From NCBI GenBank assembly GCA_965202585.1, contig OZ241829.1, positions 33,914,001 through 33,978,000 of the forward strand: a stretch of 64,000 nt of DNA. The letters run 5' to 3'. This document shows, one piece after another, positions 15,001 to 33,210 of this stretch (position 1 is its first letter; the number at the start of each line of letters is the position of its first letter). The notes under the pieces are model-generated. The model was not told the DNA's origin. It saw only the letters and a program-made list of their open reading frames with translations, and ran no database searches. The translations under genes were made by a program, and so were the position numbers. This DNA is from Thalia democratica (taxonomy: Eukaryota).

Positions 15001-16311
15001 ATCTGACCATGAAGAATTTTCTCATCACATTTTTCAATCACGTCAGTTTTTTTTTTATTTCTAAGCATATTTCAAAAATATTACCATTTAGTATGACAGT
15101 GCGTAATTTATTTGCGTTTTCTTGTTTTTGACGATAAATTGAAAACTTATTATTTATATTTTTTAACAGTAATGAAATTGTTCAAACTTTGTTGATTATA
15201 AAAAGGTTTGTTCAACCATTGTTGGTGTGCTATAAATTTTTGACCTTCATCTCTTTAGTAAAAATTTACATAAATTACTTTATAGAATAATGTTTAATAC
15301 TACTGACAAAACTATATTACAAAAAGCTCAAACTTTTTCATGTTTTGATTGAGACCAAATTTTGTTATATTCATTAAACAATTACCAGTTTTGTTAAACT
15401 ATTAGCAATTTAAAAATTTATTCAAGTACATTTGTGTTTACACAAAATTTTTCCCTTTTAATTGTTTCCTTAATGATTAAAATATATTTTTTCAGAGTTT
15501 TAAAGAAATTGACTACTTCATAAAGGACAAATTGTTTTTCGAGTCTTTGTTTGACATGGAATTTCAGGAGCCGATTGATCGCGCTATATTGTACAATGGT
15601 TACCATACTACTATTTATTATTGGTTGTATAATCACGAACTAAGTGCAATTGTTTGTCTTACAATTCGGACTTCTTAAGTTGTTTTTGGTTTATGAAATA
15701 CGCTAAGCAACTTTTATTTACGTATCTGCTGTATTCTAAGTGCGGATTGTTTCGTACTTTTTAACTAATTATCCCAATAAAAAGTTTGTGCTTAAAAACA
15801 AAAATGCGCTTATTATAGATAATATCTATGAGTAACATATTATTTTAGTACAATTTGTACTGAAAACTACTTAAGTCAATTACTTACATTGTGGCTTATC
15901 TCACCAAACATACAGACGAAGGAGCAAATTTTAGCGGGGCGTTGTACTACGGCAGAGAATGGCTCCACATGTCATTTGAAATTCTCTTCATCAATTTTGT
16001 CGACTACTTCACCGAAAACTTTATACTGTCCATCACAATATTGTTCATTGTCCAAAAAGTCAGTCGTTGCTTTTTTTTTTGTATATTTTGAAGCTTTGGA
16101 TATAAGCATTGTATGTTTAATTTAAAAGTTTTGTCCTGTAAATGCAACAGCTTGCAATTTTATTTTAACTACAAGATTTAAAACTTTACTTATCTAAAAA
16201 ATTTTTTTTTTATATTTGTATTTTGGCCAGATCTTGACATTCATCCGATACTCAATGGGAAGAAACAATCTTGTAAAGAAGACTTTAGTCGATGAGAGAT
16301 TCCTCATTTAG
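69..16311 (+). CDS. TMEM67: Meckelin (TMEM67/MKS3), ciliary transition-zone protein; 5' end lies upstream of the window
   Basis: 26 phase-compatible GT-AG exons: 69-175, 453-516, 803-896 (end tentative), 1056-1146, 1482-1538, 2741-2877, 4048-4165, 4276-4365, 5141-5206, 8024-8165, 8799-8919, 9252-9354, 9774-9929, 10215-10313, 10736-10822, 11015-11158, 11871-11927, 12267-12413, 12623-12703, 13056-13172, 13382-13498, 13772-13790 (19-nt microexon), 14947-15041, 15496-15598, 15916-16058, 16231-16311. Meckelin motifs: NVTACQVLSNMCV, IDIFFIDWE, SVWRTYFVANEWNELQ, FGYYIHGRSVHG, C-terminal KTLVDERFLI*. Confidence 0.97.
1887..2278. mobile_element. MITE, TIR CAGGGTTGCCA family
   Basis: Ends CAAGGTTGCCA...TGGCAACCCT with CCTGGAA subterminal repeats; internally similar to 11380-11697. 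Confidence 0.8.
4536..4571 (-). ncRNA. Minimal type I hammerhead motif (mirror copy in left arm)
   Basis: Exact reverse complement of 4849-4884. Confidence 0.6.
4849..4884 (+). ncRNA. Minimal type I hammerhead motif (right arm of inverted repeat)
   Basis: UUAUU CUGAAGA G AGCUAAA C GAAA UU AA UA AAUAA: all core nucleotides present, 1-bp stem II, palindromic stem III, 5-bp stem I. Confidence 0.6.
5246..7865. mobile_element. Non-autonomous hAT-type DNA transposon in a TMEM67 intron
   Basis: TIRs CAGTGGCGTAGCG / CGCCACGCCCCTG; perfect 8-bp TSD ATATATAC (5238-5245, 7866-7873); no intact transposase ORF; contains a fragment (about 5640-5850) of the TTAA-type family seen at 30288-31523. Confidence 0.9.
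11380..11697. mobile_element. MITE, TIR CAGGGTTGCCA family (second copy)
   Basis: Perfect 11-bp TIRs CAGGGTTGCCA/TGGCAACCCTG; shared internal sequence with 1887-2278. Confidence 0.82.
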
Positions 16312-19300
16312 CTTAATGTTTAAAAAAAAAAAAACTGTGCTTCATTTACACTGTGATTTTTATTGCCAGTTGAAATTTATTTTTGTTAACTTATGTTGTA
16401 GTTCTATAGACTTTTTATAATCAAGTGTATAATTTGTGATTTTTTTATAGTTGTCAAATCTTTTCAGTTTAGAATTATTACTGTAAATTAAACTTTTTTT
16501 TTTCTAAAATTAATTTAGTTAATATTAATTAAGGCCTAACCGTACAATAATTTCTTAAGTAAAAAAAATGTTCTGTTCTAAAAAAATACTTAACTGTGTA
16601 TTCGTATTTACAATTTACACTAAATGTAGTTAAAACTTTTATTTTACTGTTTTAGGTATTTAAATATACAAAGAACTATTTTTTATTGTTGCATTTTGAC
16701 TTAGGTATTTAAAGTTCTACAATTTTTATGATGTACGAATTCAATGTTTGAAAATGAGCTTAGTTCAAAAATAAATTATTAAACAAACACATAAAATGAT
16801 TTACACTTATTAAAAATGTTTGATTTAAATAGAGTAAAATTGTATTTTAAAACTGTTTTTTTTTAATACAAAACTTCTTATGAACGCAAATACTTTAAAG
16901 TTTAAAAAGCTTAATAAAATATTTATACTTGTGCAAACTACACTGTTTGTTACCAGTTACTTACGAGTTTCAATTGTATAATTTGTTAAACTTCGGCTGT
17001 TGTGACATTGATTTCATCTTTTAATAAAGAACTTTGTTTTAATTCTGACTCTTGTTTTTAACAATTTTATTACTATAAACTTTAATTTTAAAGAAAGCGT
17101 TTTACCTGACTGCTACAATGGTTTACATAGTTAAAAACTGTAACGACTAATTAAGAGTTGAAAAACTGCTTTGTGTTTGGCTTAAACAAATGGGAAGATG
17201 GATTTTTGAAGAATTTGATCTTTAAGTTATACAGATTGAGGTATTTTGGTTTAATTGTAGCATTATAAGTTATTTTTTAAAGAAATTATCAAAGTAAATA
17301 TATGTAGAACTTTGGTAATTGGTTAAAAATAAAGAAATGTTGTTGATAAAATAATTAAGTTGTTTTGAAAAAAATAATAAGTAGTTGTGTCTTGAATTCA
17401 CTTTAAAACAAAATAGATTTTAAAGAATTTATGAAGGGAAGATTTTTTAGGTAATAAAATCAACATTGACTATTTTGTGTTATTTCTAACAGGTAAAATT
17501 TTTTACAGTACAATATGAAGTTTTAAATAAGTATCTGATCCTAATAACCTTGTTAAAATGAGCTAACAAAAGATGTTTATTCTCATAAGTTGTTACATTT
17601 TTATAAAACAAAAAAAAAGTATTTTTTGTTATTTTTCTAGCTCTTCACGTTCATGTTATTTTTAGGAACTATATGATTATAAGCAAATTAACCGGGGTCC
17701 AAGATAATAAACCGGAATACATTAGCTCTTTGCTACTTTAAAATATTCTTGTGATAGAACTTTGTTTAAAGTGCTTTCGTTAAATACAGTGTATAAAATA
17801 TAGAGTACTGAAAACTAAGAGTAAATTAAAAAAGTATGTTTAACAAAAGAATAATTATAAAAAAAACTAACCAGAAATTTAGATATTTATGTATCAGGGC
17901 CACGAGTGAAACATTAATAGTGGTGCGAATAAATTAAAGTATATGAAGTCTTATTTTATCTTGAAATATACAGGTGTGAAATATACAATATAAAATGTAA
18001 ATATGACAGACACAAGACATATTAGGTGCTTTATGTTACTTCGTACCCCCTATGACGACGCGATTGTCGTAACATTTTATTACCTTAAAAACTTTTTTTC
18101 ACGACTTATATAACTTTACAAGTATTTTAACTTTTTATTTACAGTTCCAAACTTTTATAGTTGAATCATGTGTAAAAGCAAACACCTACTTACTCATAAA
18201 AAGTTACATATCTTAAAGATAAAAATAAGTTAATAAATCTAACATTTATGTCGTAATTTATGTTAATATGATAATAGTATAACTATTTAGTTTTTATTTA
18301 ATTTTTCTATGACTAAATAAATGCTAAATTATGTTCTCTAAATATGTAAACAACTTAAAATCAGCTATTTTTCAACCTTGGGATATTCCTAATTTTAGCT
18401 GATATTTATTTGCCATAACATTATCTGAGTATTTAGAAAGCTTGTACTTTATTGATTGGCTTTAGGTTATCATTCATTAAATAAAATTCATGAATTTTAT
18501 TTTTTAAACACCTTTACATAACAAACTATTTATTTTATATAGACCGAGCTAAAAGTATGTTTAGTATTGCTTCTGATAAGTATTTAGTATTATCAAAAAC
18601 TTTTAGTAAAATACTTTACTTTTAACAGAACTTTTAGATTTAAATCTGTTTTTCTTTAGTTAAAACTTAAACTAAAAGGATAAGCTCCATTTAACATATC
18701 AACAACAAACGTAATGATTAAAGGTAATGTATTCAAAAAGCTTTTTGTTGTTATCCTTAATGGAACTGTGTACTTAATGATATTTTACACGGTATAAAAC
18801 TCGTCAACGAGTGTGTAAAGTATTTAATAGCTCTTCTAATGAATAAAAAGGCTGTTTCATAATAAAGAAGTTTTAAACTGACTTATTCATGTTTTTTAGA
18901 TAGAACTAAACTAGTGTTATCCTTAAACTTTTGTTTTTGAAACCAGTTAAACAACTGTATTAGCTTTATGTAAAATTAAATATTTAAAGTATGACTGTTA
19001 TAGATATAAAATTTCATCGAAGGCATTTATGGGACAAAAAGAAGATTTTTTGAAAGTTACAATAGTTAAAAGATAGTTATATGGATTTACCTTGAACATT
19101 CAATAATATACTTGGGAGGTTTTATAAAATTGTATGTTTCAATTAACAAGTTATAAAAAAATTAAAAATATGTATAAATAATTTTGCAAGACCATCTATT
19201 CTTTATTAACTCAAAAATAATTTAACAATTTAGATTATAAAACAAACTATTTGACAATTAAAAGTTATTTTTACATTTCATACTTAAAAAAGCATAAAAA

Positions 19301-19623
19301 AGGTCAACTTAAGACTTTAAAAGCTTTATTTCTTCGACTTGAAAATAGTTTTTGAAGTAGTAATTACTTATCAGTTTATTTTAGATAATTTACGTATAAT
19401 AAATAATACCAATGAATTTTATAGTTTATGTCGTATAAACTATTGAAGACTATGCAATGTAAGTTATACATTTAATACGCAAATTTATCTATTGTTTACA
19501 AGTTTAAAGAATGTTTTAGTTTTGTTTTATTTCAATAGAGTATTTCGTTGAAATAAAATTGTTGTATAAAATACCAAAGCTTTCAATTAACTTTTAGGAA
19601 TGACTTAATATAAAAAATAATTT

Positions 19624-22600
19624 ATGAAATTAAACATGTTACTAATCTTTGCATTATTATTTGTTCCCTACCAATTATGCAAGGCACGAGGTCAAGAATG
19701 CAACGTAATTAATCAGTACTACGGGTCTGAATACAAAGGAATTTTTGCTAACAACGATCGTCTCAGCAACAATGGGCTTCAGGGTGAACCCGGAAAAAGA
19801 GGCCCCAAAGGTGCTCGAGGACTTCAAGGCCAGAAAGTTAGTTTGTTTTGGTGCGCCTTACAAAAATTTTTCTCTTTTCCTACCAATTACTTTTGTTAGG
19901 GCGAACCTTCGGTACTACACGAGAAAACTGAACAGCAAGTAGACGAAAACAAACAAGAAATTCACTACATCTCGAGTTCGCTCAGTGATTACATTGAATC
20001 AACAAATCAAACCATTGAAAACATTAAAGTTAACCTGACTGAAAAAGCTAGTAGAGAAGATTCATTGTTAATGAGTGAAGCAATAGCGAAGCTTTTGCAA
20101 GCCAATGAAAATTTTGAAAGAAACTTTGCCCAGCTTGGAAAACTTGTATCGAGAGTATCACAAAAAACTTATAACTCTTGCACAGAGGCACTTAACTCAA
20201 ACGAAGATTTTGATTATTACATTTTATACATAAGTCCTAAAAAGTCTATACCAGTTAAATGCAAGAATTCAAATGGTATAGGTAACTTTGGTTGATTGAT
20301 ATTTTTCTTCATTTTGTAACTGGTAGAACATGGGTCGGCAGTTTTTTATAAGTAATTAGCCAAACTACCTAGAAAAACTTGCTCGAGGGCCGTACTGTAT
20401 ATAAAAAAGTTTTCAGCAGACCGCAGTTGTTATAGGTAATTGTAGTTATCAAATAAAACATACCAGTCAAGCTAAACATTTGATAAAACAAGCAATAATA
20501 AGACTTTATAAGTTACTTTTAATAAACACGAAGTTAAAATTAAAGTCTAATTGTAAGTTTTTAAAAAAAGTATCTTTGAAGCTAATATTACGTCCTAAAC
20601 CGTAGTTTGCCGACCCTTGTTATAAAGCATATAATATAGAATAAGCGTATGATTTTCTTTTTTTTTAAGTATCTGATCTAGGTTGTTATTTTTGTATAGA
20701 ATTTTGGCTAAACATATTAGTAAATAGTTTAATGCTTAACTTAAAACTACTTAATAAATTTTTAAATGTAATATTATTTATTGTTTATTTTATCCAGCTG
20801 ATAGGTATTAAAAATCTAATTACATAAATAGAATTGAAAATGTGCAAAGTAAAACTTTACTTAAGCAGGTTTCGGTGGCAAAAAAATTACGAACTTTTGA
20901 AGTATTTGCTCATTTTTATTTAAAATAAGCTCTTTAAATTTCATTAAATTGAGCAATCTTTTTAGTTAAGACAAATAACTAAATAAAATAGGTAGCTGTA
21001 AAATTTGCACGAGCGTACAAAATTTCACAAAGATACTTTTGCACGAAGGGTCTTTCATGCACGAAGACACTTTTGAACGAGCAGACAGTTTTGCACGGAG
21101 ACATTTTGCACGGGTTAATTTTTTTTATTAATTTTTGTTTTTATTAAATGTCACTGTTACCCCTAACCCTTACCCTCGGTCGGTAGCTTTATTTTTATTT
21201 TATTTTTTTTTTTTAATAAATGTTATTAGTTATTTTTAATTTGTTTTTTATCTACTATCACTGTTACCCTTAACCCTTACCCTCGGTCACTAATTTTTTT
21301 CTTTTATTTAATTTAATTATCTTTTAGTTTTTTTGTGTGTTTTTTTTTTGTTTTTTTGTTTTTTTACTCTCGTGCAAAAGTGTAATGACCCTTGATGCAA
21401 AATCGTCTTCGTACAGTTTTGTTCCCTCGTGCAAATTTAGCTTCGTGCAAGTTTGGCTTCTTGCAATTTTGTGCACTTGTGCAATTCTGTTCTCGTGCAA
21501 TTTTGTCTTCGTGCAATTTAGACCCGTTCCCATATAAAATATAATGTACTTTTTACTTTAAAAAATTGTAGAAATTGCATGCTATTGTAGAAATTTTTAC
21601 CGATTTTTTTCAACTGATGACCTCGTTTGACTAAGTTCAAGCGAATGAAACATTGTTTTGGTAATAAAATTTAAGATTTTGAATTGATATAAAATATAGT
21701 TACTAAATGGAAACAAATTTTTAGGTTCTGAAATATAGCACTAAAATAAGTTAACTAACCATAGTCACGCTTAGCAGATAACATTAGCTTAACTATGAGG
21801 TAGAAAAAACTTACAAATAATTTGTTTGTCAGTGTACTCAATTGTTAATCATGACACCGAAAATGAAATAGGAGTGAGTGGGTATGAAAAACCGGGTGAC
21901 TACAAAAGAAAAGTTAATTACAAAATAAGCTTACAAGACGTTAGAACATTTATAAGCAGGCACACTAGCTGCCGTCAGTTTATAAAGGTAATTTTTAATG
22001 CTTTGTATAAAGTGTTAAGCACGATTAAACTTTATGTCTTAAAAATTTATTATTTTGTTTTAAACTTTAAACTGTCTGTACTTTGTAAAACTTCATTTAA
22101 TTTCAAGTAAGACAAGGAAAGTTTTACAAAAGTTACTTATTATTCAAATATAATGCTTCTAAAAACTTTAAAAACTTATTTACACAACATTTTTAAAAGA
22201 CTATGCTATTTATCTGATCTTATTCTGATTCATGTAAAAGTGTATAGTTTTAAGATATTTTATTCAACGCTATGTATTTGTTAAATAAATTCTATAACAA
22301 AAATAAGTCAAGCATTTCAGTTTTACTAAACTATAAAACATGGAAGGCTTGTTTTTTATATGTTGTTTATTATAATATTTTTTTATTTCAGTATCGTTGT
22401 AGAGGGTCTCTACTTTTTCGAAATGGTCATTCTTATTGGAAATCATACGATGGAGTTCAAAGGTTGTATTGGGGAGGGTCTGACCGAAATGGGTATTGCG
22501 CTTGCGGCATAGCTGGTTATTTAATACATACTATTTAGTTGTTTCTTAAAAACATTATCTATGAGAAAAAAGAAAAAGTTAAAACAGCGTCAACTATTGC

Positions 22601-22875
22601 TACATATAACTAATCATTATAACTAACTTAATAAAAAAAACGTTTTTATAGAAAGTTTTATGTATGTAAAACTACTGTGAAATAATTTTACAGGAAATTG
22701 CATTAATAAATCTTATAAGTGTAACTGCGATCAAAACTCTGATAGTTTTATAGCAAGCGACGAAGGGTTTTTGACGAACAAGGAACACTTGCCAGTTATT
22801 GAAGTCAGTTTCAGCGACACCGGAGCAGAAAATGAAATCGGTTGGCACACAGTTGGTCCTCTCGAGTGTTGGTAG
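19624..22875 (+). CDS. Secreted protein: signal peptide, short Gly-X-Y collagen segment, coiled-coil neck, CASPR/neurexin IV-type fibrinogen-like domain
   Basis: Exons 19624-19836, 19900-20281, 21833-21987, 22392-22515, 22694-22875 join in frame. Hydrophobic N-terminus MKLNMLLIFALLFVPYQLCKA; GLQGEPGKRGPKGARGLQGQKGEP; then CRQFIKYRC, YWGG, CACG, CNCD, DEGFLTNKEHLPV, DTG, VGPLECW*, the motif series of the CASPR-type FBG domain. Confidence 0.88.
20329..20619. mobile_element. hAT/Charlie-like MITE
   Basis: TIRs CATGGGTCGGCA / TGCCGACCCTTG (11/12); GGGCCG subterminal motif; a related end occurs at about 52400-52648. Confidence 0.65.
20990..21530. mobile_element. Non-autonomous element with inverted TTGCACG arrays and telomere-like CCCTAACCCT motifs
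   Basis: TTGCACGA/G repeats on the left, TCGTGCAA repeats on the right, two internal ACCCCT(A)AACCCTTACCCTCGGTC blocks; related copy at about 38685-39025. Confidence 0.75.
21607..21664 (+). ncRNA. Hammerhead-like motif in intron 2 of the collagen/FBG gene
   Basis: UUUUCAA CUGAUGA CC UCGUUUGA CUAAGU UCAAGCGA AU GAAA C AUU GUU UUGGUAA; 8-bp stem II, 4-bp proximal stem I. Confidence 0.5.
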
Positions 22876-23387
22876 ATACCAGAAAACTATGCTACAAACA
22901 CTTATTAAGATGTGTTAAACATTTACTGCTTTTAATATCAAGTACAACCTAAACTGAGAGTTGTTTATTTTATTTAAAAACTTTCTTTAGTTCTTTTTTC
23001 TTATATAAACCTGCTTGTAAATTTAAAAAAACAAAACATAATAAATATTAAAAGTACCTACTGTTTAAGTAAAAAAAAATGTTTTACTACAAACTTTGTG
23101 TGAAAAATAAAAAATTTGAAAAGTTTACTAGATGTTTACTGCATTTATACTAAACTATAGTGTTTGCAGTAAGTTTGTATTTTTTGTACATTGTACTATA
23201 AAAAGTATGCGTGATAACTGCTTCACAAAAAATTATATGAGCAATAAAAATATTTTCAAATTAGTTGGGCTATTTATATAACTTATTAAAAAAATAAAAT
23301 TAATAGTTTATAAAATGTGTATGTATTTTTTTTTATAAATTTTGAAAGTATTGGTTCTAGTTAAAAAGTAAATTTTAGTTTGTACAT

Positions 23388-24840
23388 GTCCTGGACATGA
23401 CGTTAAAAGGTACCCAAGTGGTGTAAAACTTAAAAACCGAAAGGTTCTTCGTTCACCAGGTTCTAGGATAGGGGTGGGCAACGTACGGCCCGCGGGCCGG
23501 ATCCGGCCCCCGGAGTCAAAATGACCGGCCCCCAAAACTTTTTTAAATTTAAATGGAATCCGGCCAGCGGACAAAATTTATCCGGCCCGCGAGTGGATGA
23601 TCCGGCCCGCTAGGCATTTTCAAATTTTATATGAATCCTACAAGCCAATGTAAATATTATAAAATTTGTACAAAACCTTTTTTTAATTATTTTCACAAAA
23701 TAAACTGTGAGACTTTAACCTGATAACGTTTTCAAAAATGGCTTTTAATTTTTTTAGTAATAAAAACACTCTTTTGTTATAGTACCTTGTTCTGTTTCAA
23801 GTCAGTTTAATTAATTCTTTCTCAAATAATCCAAAAAAAATTGTTTGCTGAACTAACTTTGATGATCTTACCTATCATAATGATTTTCATAAAAAATAAC
23901 ATGTAAAAAAATTGATGTCTTTCCCAGATGTGTATTAATGAGTTGTTCTTATAAATATTAAGAAAAATAATTTCTAACAACATTGACAACTACTTTAAGT
24001 AAAACTGCTCAACTTTACATTTTAGTAGAATATTACAAGTTGATGTAGGTAAAGTTTAAGTAAATGGTTAAGTTTAATGATGACCAATTGATGACAATAC
24101 CTTATCAACTTTAAGTATGATTTGTTCAGGAAATTTATTTGTGTATGTTGTAATAACAGTTTACAATCTAACAAAATTTTGAATGAATCTTTATAAGTTT
24201 TTTAAATAAAAGATAGTAGTTTAATATTGTAATGTTAGTTAACTTCTGAATAATATTATTAATGTAGCCTCGAGCCAAGGATTACCAAAATTAGATAATT
24301 TCGAACAGTTTAAAGTTGTTAATGTTTTAGTTTGAAATCTTAGGCTCGAGTAATTTATAGTAAGTAAGTTATTGTTTTTGTAAAACTAACTAGTATTAAT
24401 TCGGTCCATAGTTGTAAAAATAGGGAATTATGAGTACTTAATAAAAGTTAACGTAAATTGCACACTTGAGAACCTTGGTAGTTAATAAATTAATTCAAAA
24501 TTTTAAAACACCAGATCAATTAGCATCCAGCCGGATCCAAGTCTTTTGAAATTAGTTTTATTCGGAATTGAAACCTTGTCTAAAATTAGTATTTAGCCGG
24601 ATCCGGATAACATTTTTGATTAAAGATCCGGATCTAAAAAAGGATCCAACTGAATCCGGTAGATCACTTACTCGAAATGCTCCGGCCCGCTGAGAAATAA
24701 TTTTTTTGGATCCGGCCCTTCAATTATTTACGTTGCCCACCCCTATTCTAGGACTAAATATTTTGAGCGATTTGTCGTTCAATAAAAAAACATTAGATTT
24801 TTTAAGTAGTTTATCGTGCACAAAATGTCATAGACAATTT
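23388..24840. mobile_element. GTCCTGGAC-family MITE interrupted by the hAT insertion
   Basis: 23388-23468 and 24754 onward together resemble the left part of the intact copy at 32797-33050; right boundary approximate. Confidence 0.7.
23469..24745. mobile_element. hAT/Charlie-type non-autonomous transposon nested in a MITE
   Basis: TIRs TAGGGGTGGGCAACGT / ACGTTGCCCACCCCTA; perfect 8-bp TSD TTCTAGGA (23461-23468, 24746-24753); many CCGGATCC and CCGGCCC subterminal motifs. Confidence 0.93.
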
Positions 24841-26042
24841 TGAAAACCACTGATTTAGTATTAAACATAAATAAATTATATTTTATTGTTAATTTTACGG
24901 CGGACAACTGAAATTAAAAAAAAGCTGAAGAGAGACCAAAATAATAATTCAGTTGCTCTTATACATATTTTTTTATATACTTGTAACAAAATTACCTTTA
25001 AATTTTTTTAACTAAACATACGCCTTGTTTTTAAACTTGGGCATCATTAAAACAAAATATTTTTAGGGCTCTTGAGACCAAATGATATGATTAAGACACT
25101 ATGATTAAACCTAATGCTACTAACTTTCAATAAACTTATTAAATATAATAAAAATTCTTGTTGTTACGTAAGAAAAATTCATCATAAGTATGAAATTATT
25201 TAAACAATTTTTTACGTTTAAAACTTATTGGAAAACTTGAAGACTTTTATTATAATATCATTGTTAAGATTTGGCTTTTACAAGCCTAAACATTTTTTCA
25301 ATCCTATAAGTAAGACAAGATATATTATTGTCAAGCATAACAGGGTTTATTTTAATTCATATGCCCCCTAGAATAAATTTAAAAAAGCAATGGCCCACTC
25401 CAATTAAATTTCTCAAAAAACTACCCTTTAATATACTTAAGACCTTTTTTGCTCTTCATCATCAACTTCAGAATATCTGGTATAAGTTTCAAGTTATGGC
25501 GCACTCTAGGTCACTTTGCACTTAAGTGCATTAAACGAGTTGTAATAAAAAATTTTTTATAACTTACCTTAATATTTTACTACAAAGATAAAAGTAAATT
25601 TTATTTAATTGTTTATATATAAGTTTTACGAAGGTACTTTGTTATTTATACTAGATGAAGCTATTTAAAAAATAAGATCGAATGATATCTTTTATTATTT
25701 TTTTTAATTTATCATCTTATTGGTAAAACTTGTTTGTAAGTTTACTTTTTATTAGTTTGGTTTTTAATTTTATTGCAGTTTTTTTATTATATATTTTTAA
25801 ATAAATATAATTAAAAAAGATTGCATAATAAATGAAAATATGAGATTAACCTTAAGAAGGAATAACTTTAAATCTTTTTACGTGGATGTACTTAAAATCT
25901 TACTAAACAGAAAGATTACTGTACTAAGTTCAAAAAATAAATGTAATTCTGACATATTTCAACTACACATTTTATTCGATAAATTCGACATAATCTTAAT
26001 TATTATTAAATTTATCAACTAAAAAGTGTTAATCGTTTGAAA

Positions 26043-26090
26043 GTGATGTACACAATGTTTCACTCAATTAGAGTTCTTCAGTTATAGATA
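26043..26090 (-). ncRNA. Hammerhead core downstream of RPS27A, cleavage triplet GUG (predicted inactive)
   Basis: Minus strand CUGAAGA ACUC UAAUU GAGU GAAA C AUU GUG; perfect 4-bp stem II; proximal stem I does not pair. Confidence 0.55.
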
Positions 26091-26604
26091 GTTCTTGATT
26101 TAAACACTTAAGCAAATATTTTTCTTTTTAATAAGAATTTTTTTATTAAAATTAAATGAAATCGCGTTTTAACATCAAATTATAGAATTAGAAAAATAAA
26201 ACTATGTTACGGTATTAAAAATATTCCTTATTTAAATTTACAAGTTTTTTTTAAAGCGACTACAATGTAATATTTAATACAATATAAAACTAAACAACAA
26301 ATTATTTGCATGCTAATAAGAAAAAAATATATTGCTAAACTAGAAATTGAGTTGATATAACACCACGAATTGTTCTTAGATTTTTTTAATTTCAACAAAA
26401 ATTGTTTTAAGATACATAAAGCAGGTTTAAAAATAACTAAAGCGTTGCCGAAAGTTTAGTAACTTGTAAACACATAAAAGATCAAGTTTTTTTTTTGATT
26501 TTGTAAAATATAGTTAGCTCGTAAATATGTATCAATAATAAAAGAAAACAAAAAGTTGTAGATCCTAAAGATCCAGGCAGGCCCACTGTTTATATTATAA
26601 TTTT

Positions 26605-33152
<6,548 letters not shown>

Positions 33153-33210
33153 TATTAATCTGAAAAAAAGGTTAATATTAGTAGAGAAAAAATAATTAAG
33201 TAATTAGCTA

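Noticed and set aside
23308-23574. 88-aa minus-strand ORF; similarly 5178-5363, 21324-21537, 30249-30503, 31256-31453 and 37098-37349
   Set aside because: They lie in transposon termini or low-complexity MITE interiors and show no transposase or other domain motifs.
24903-24950. CUGAAGA-GAGAC-CAAAA enclosed by a CAACTGAA/TTCAGTTG stem as a further hammerhead
   Set aside because: No GAAA, stem III does not pair, and the closing stem is not adjacent to the core.
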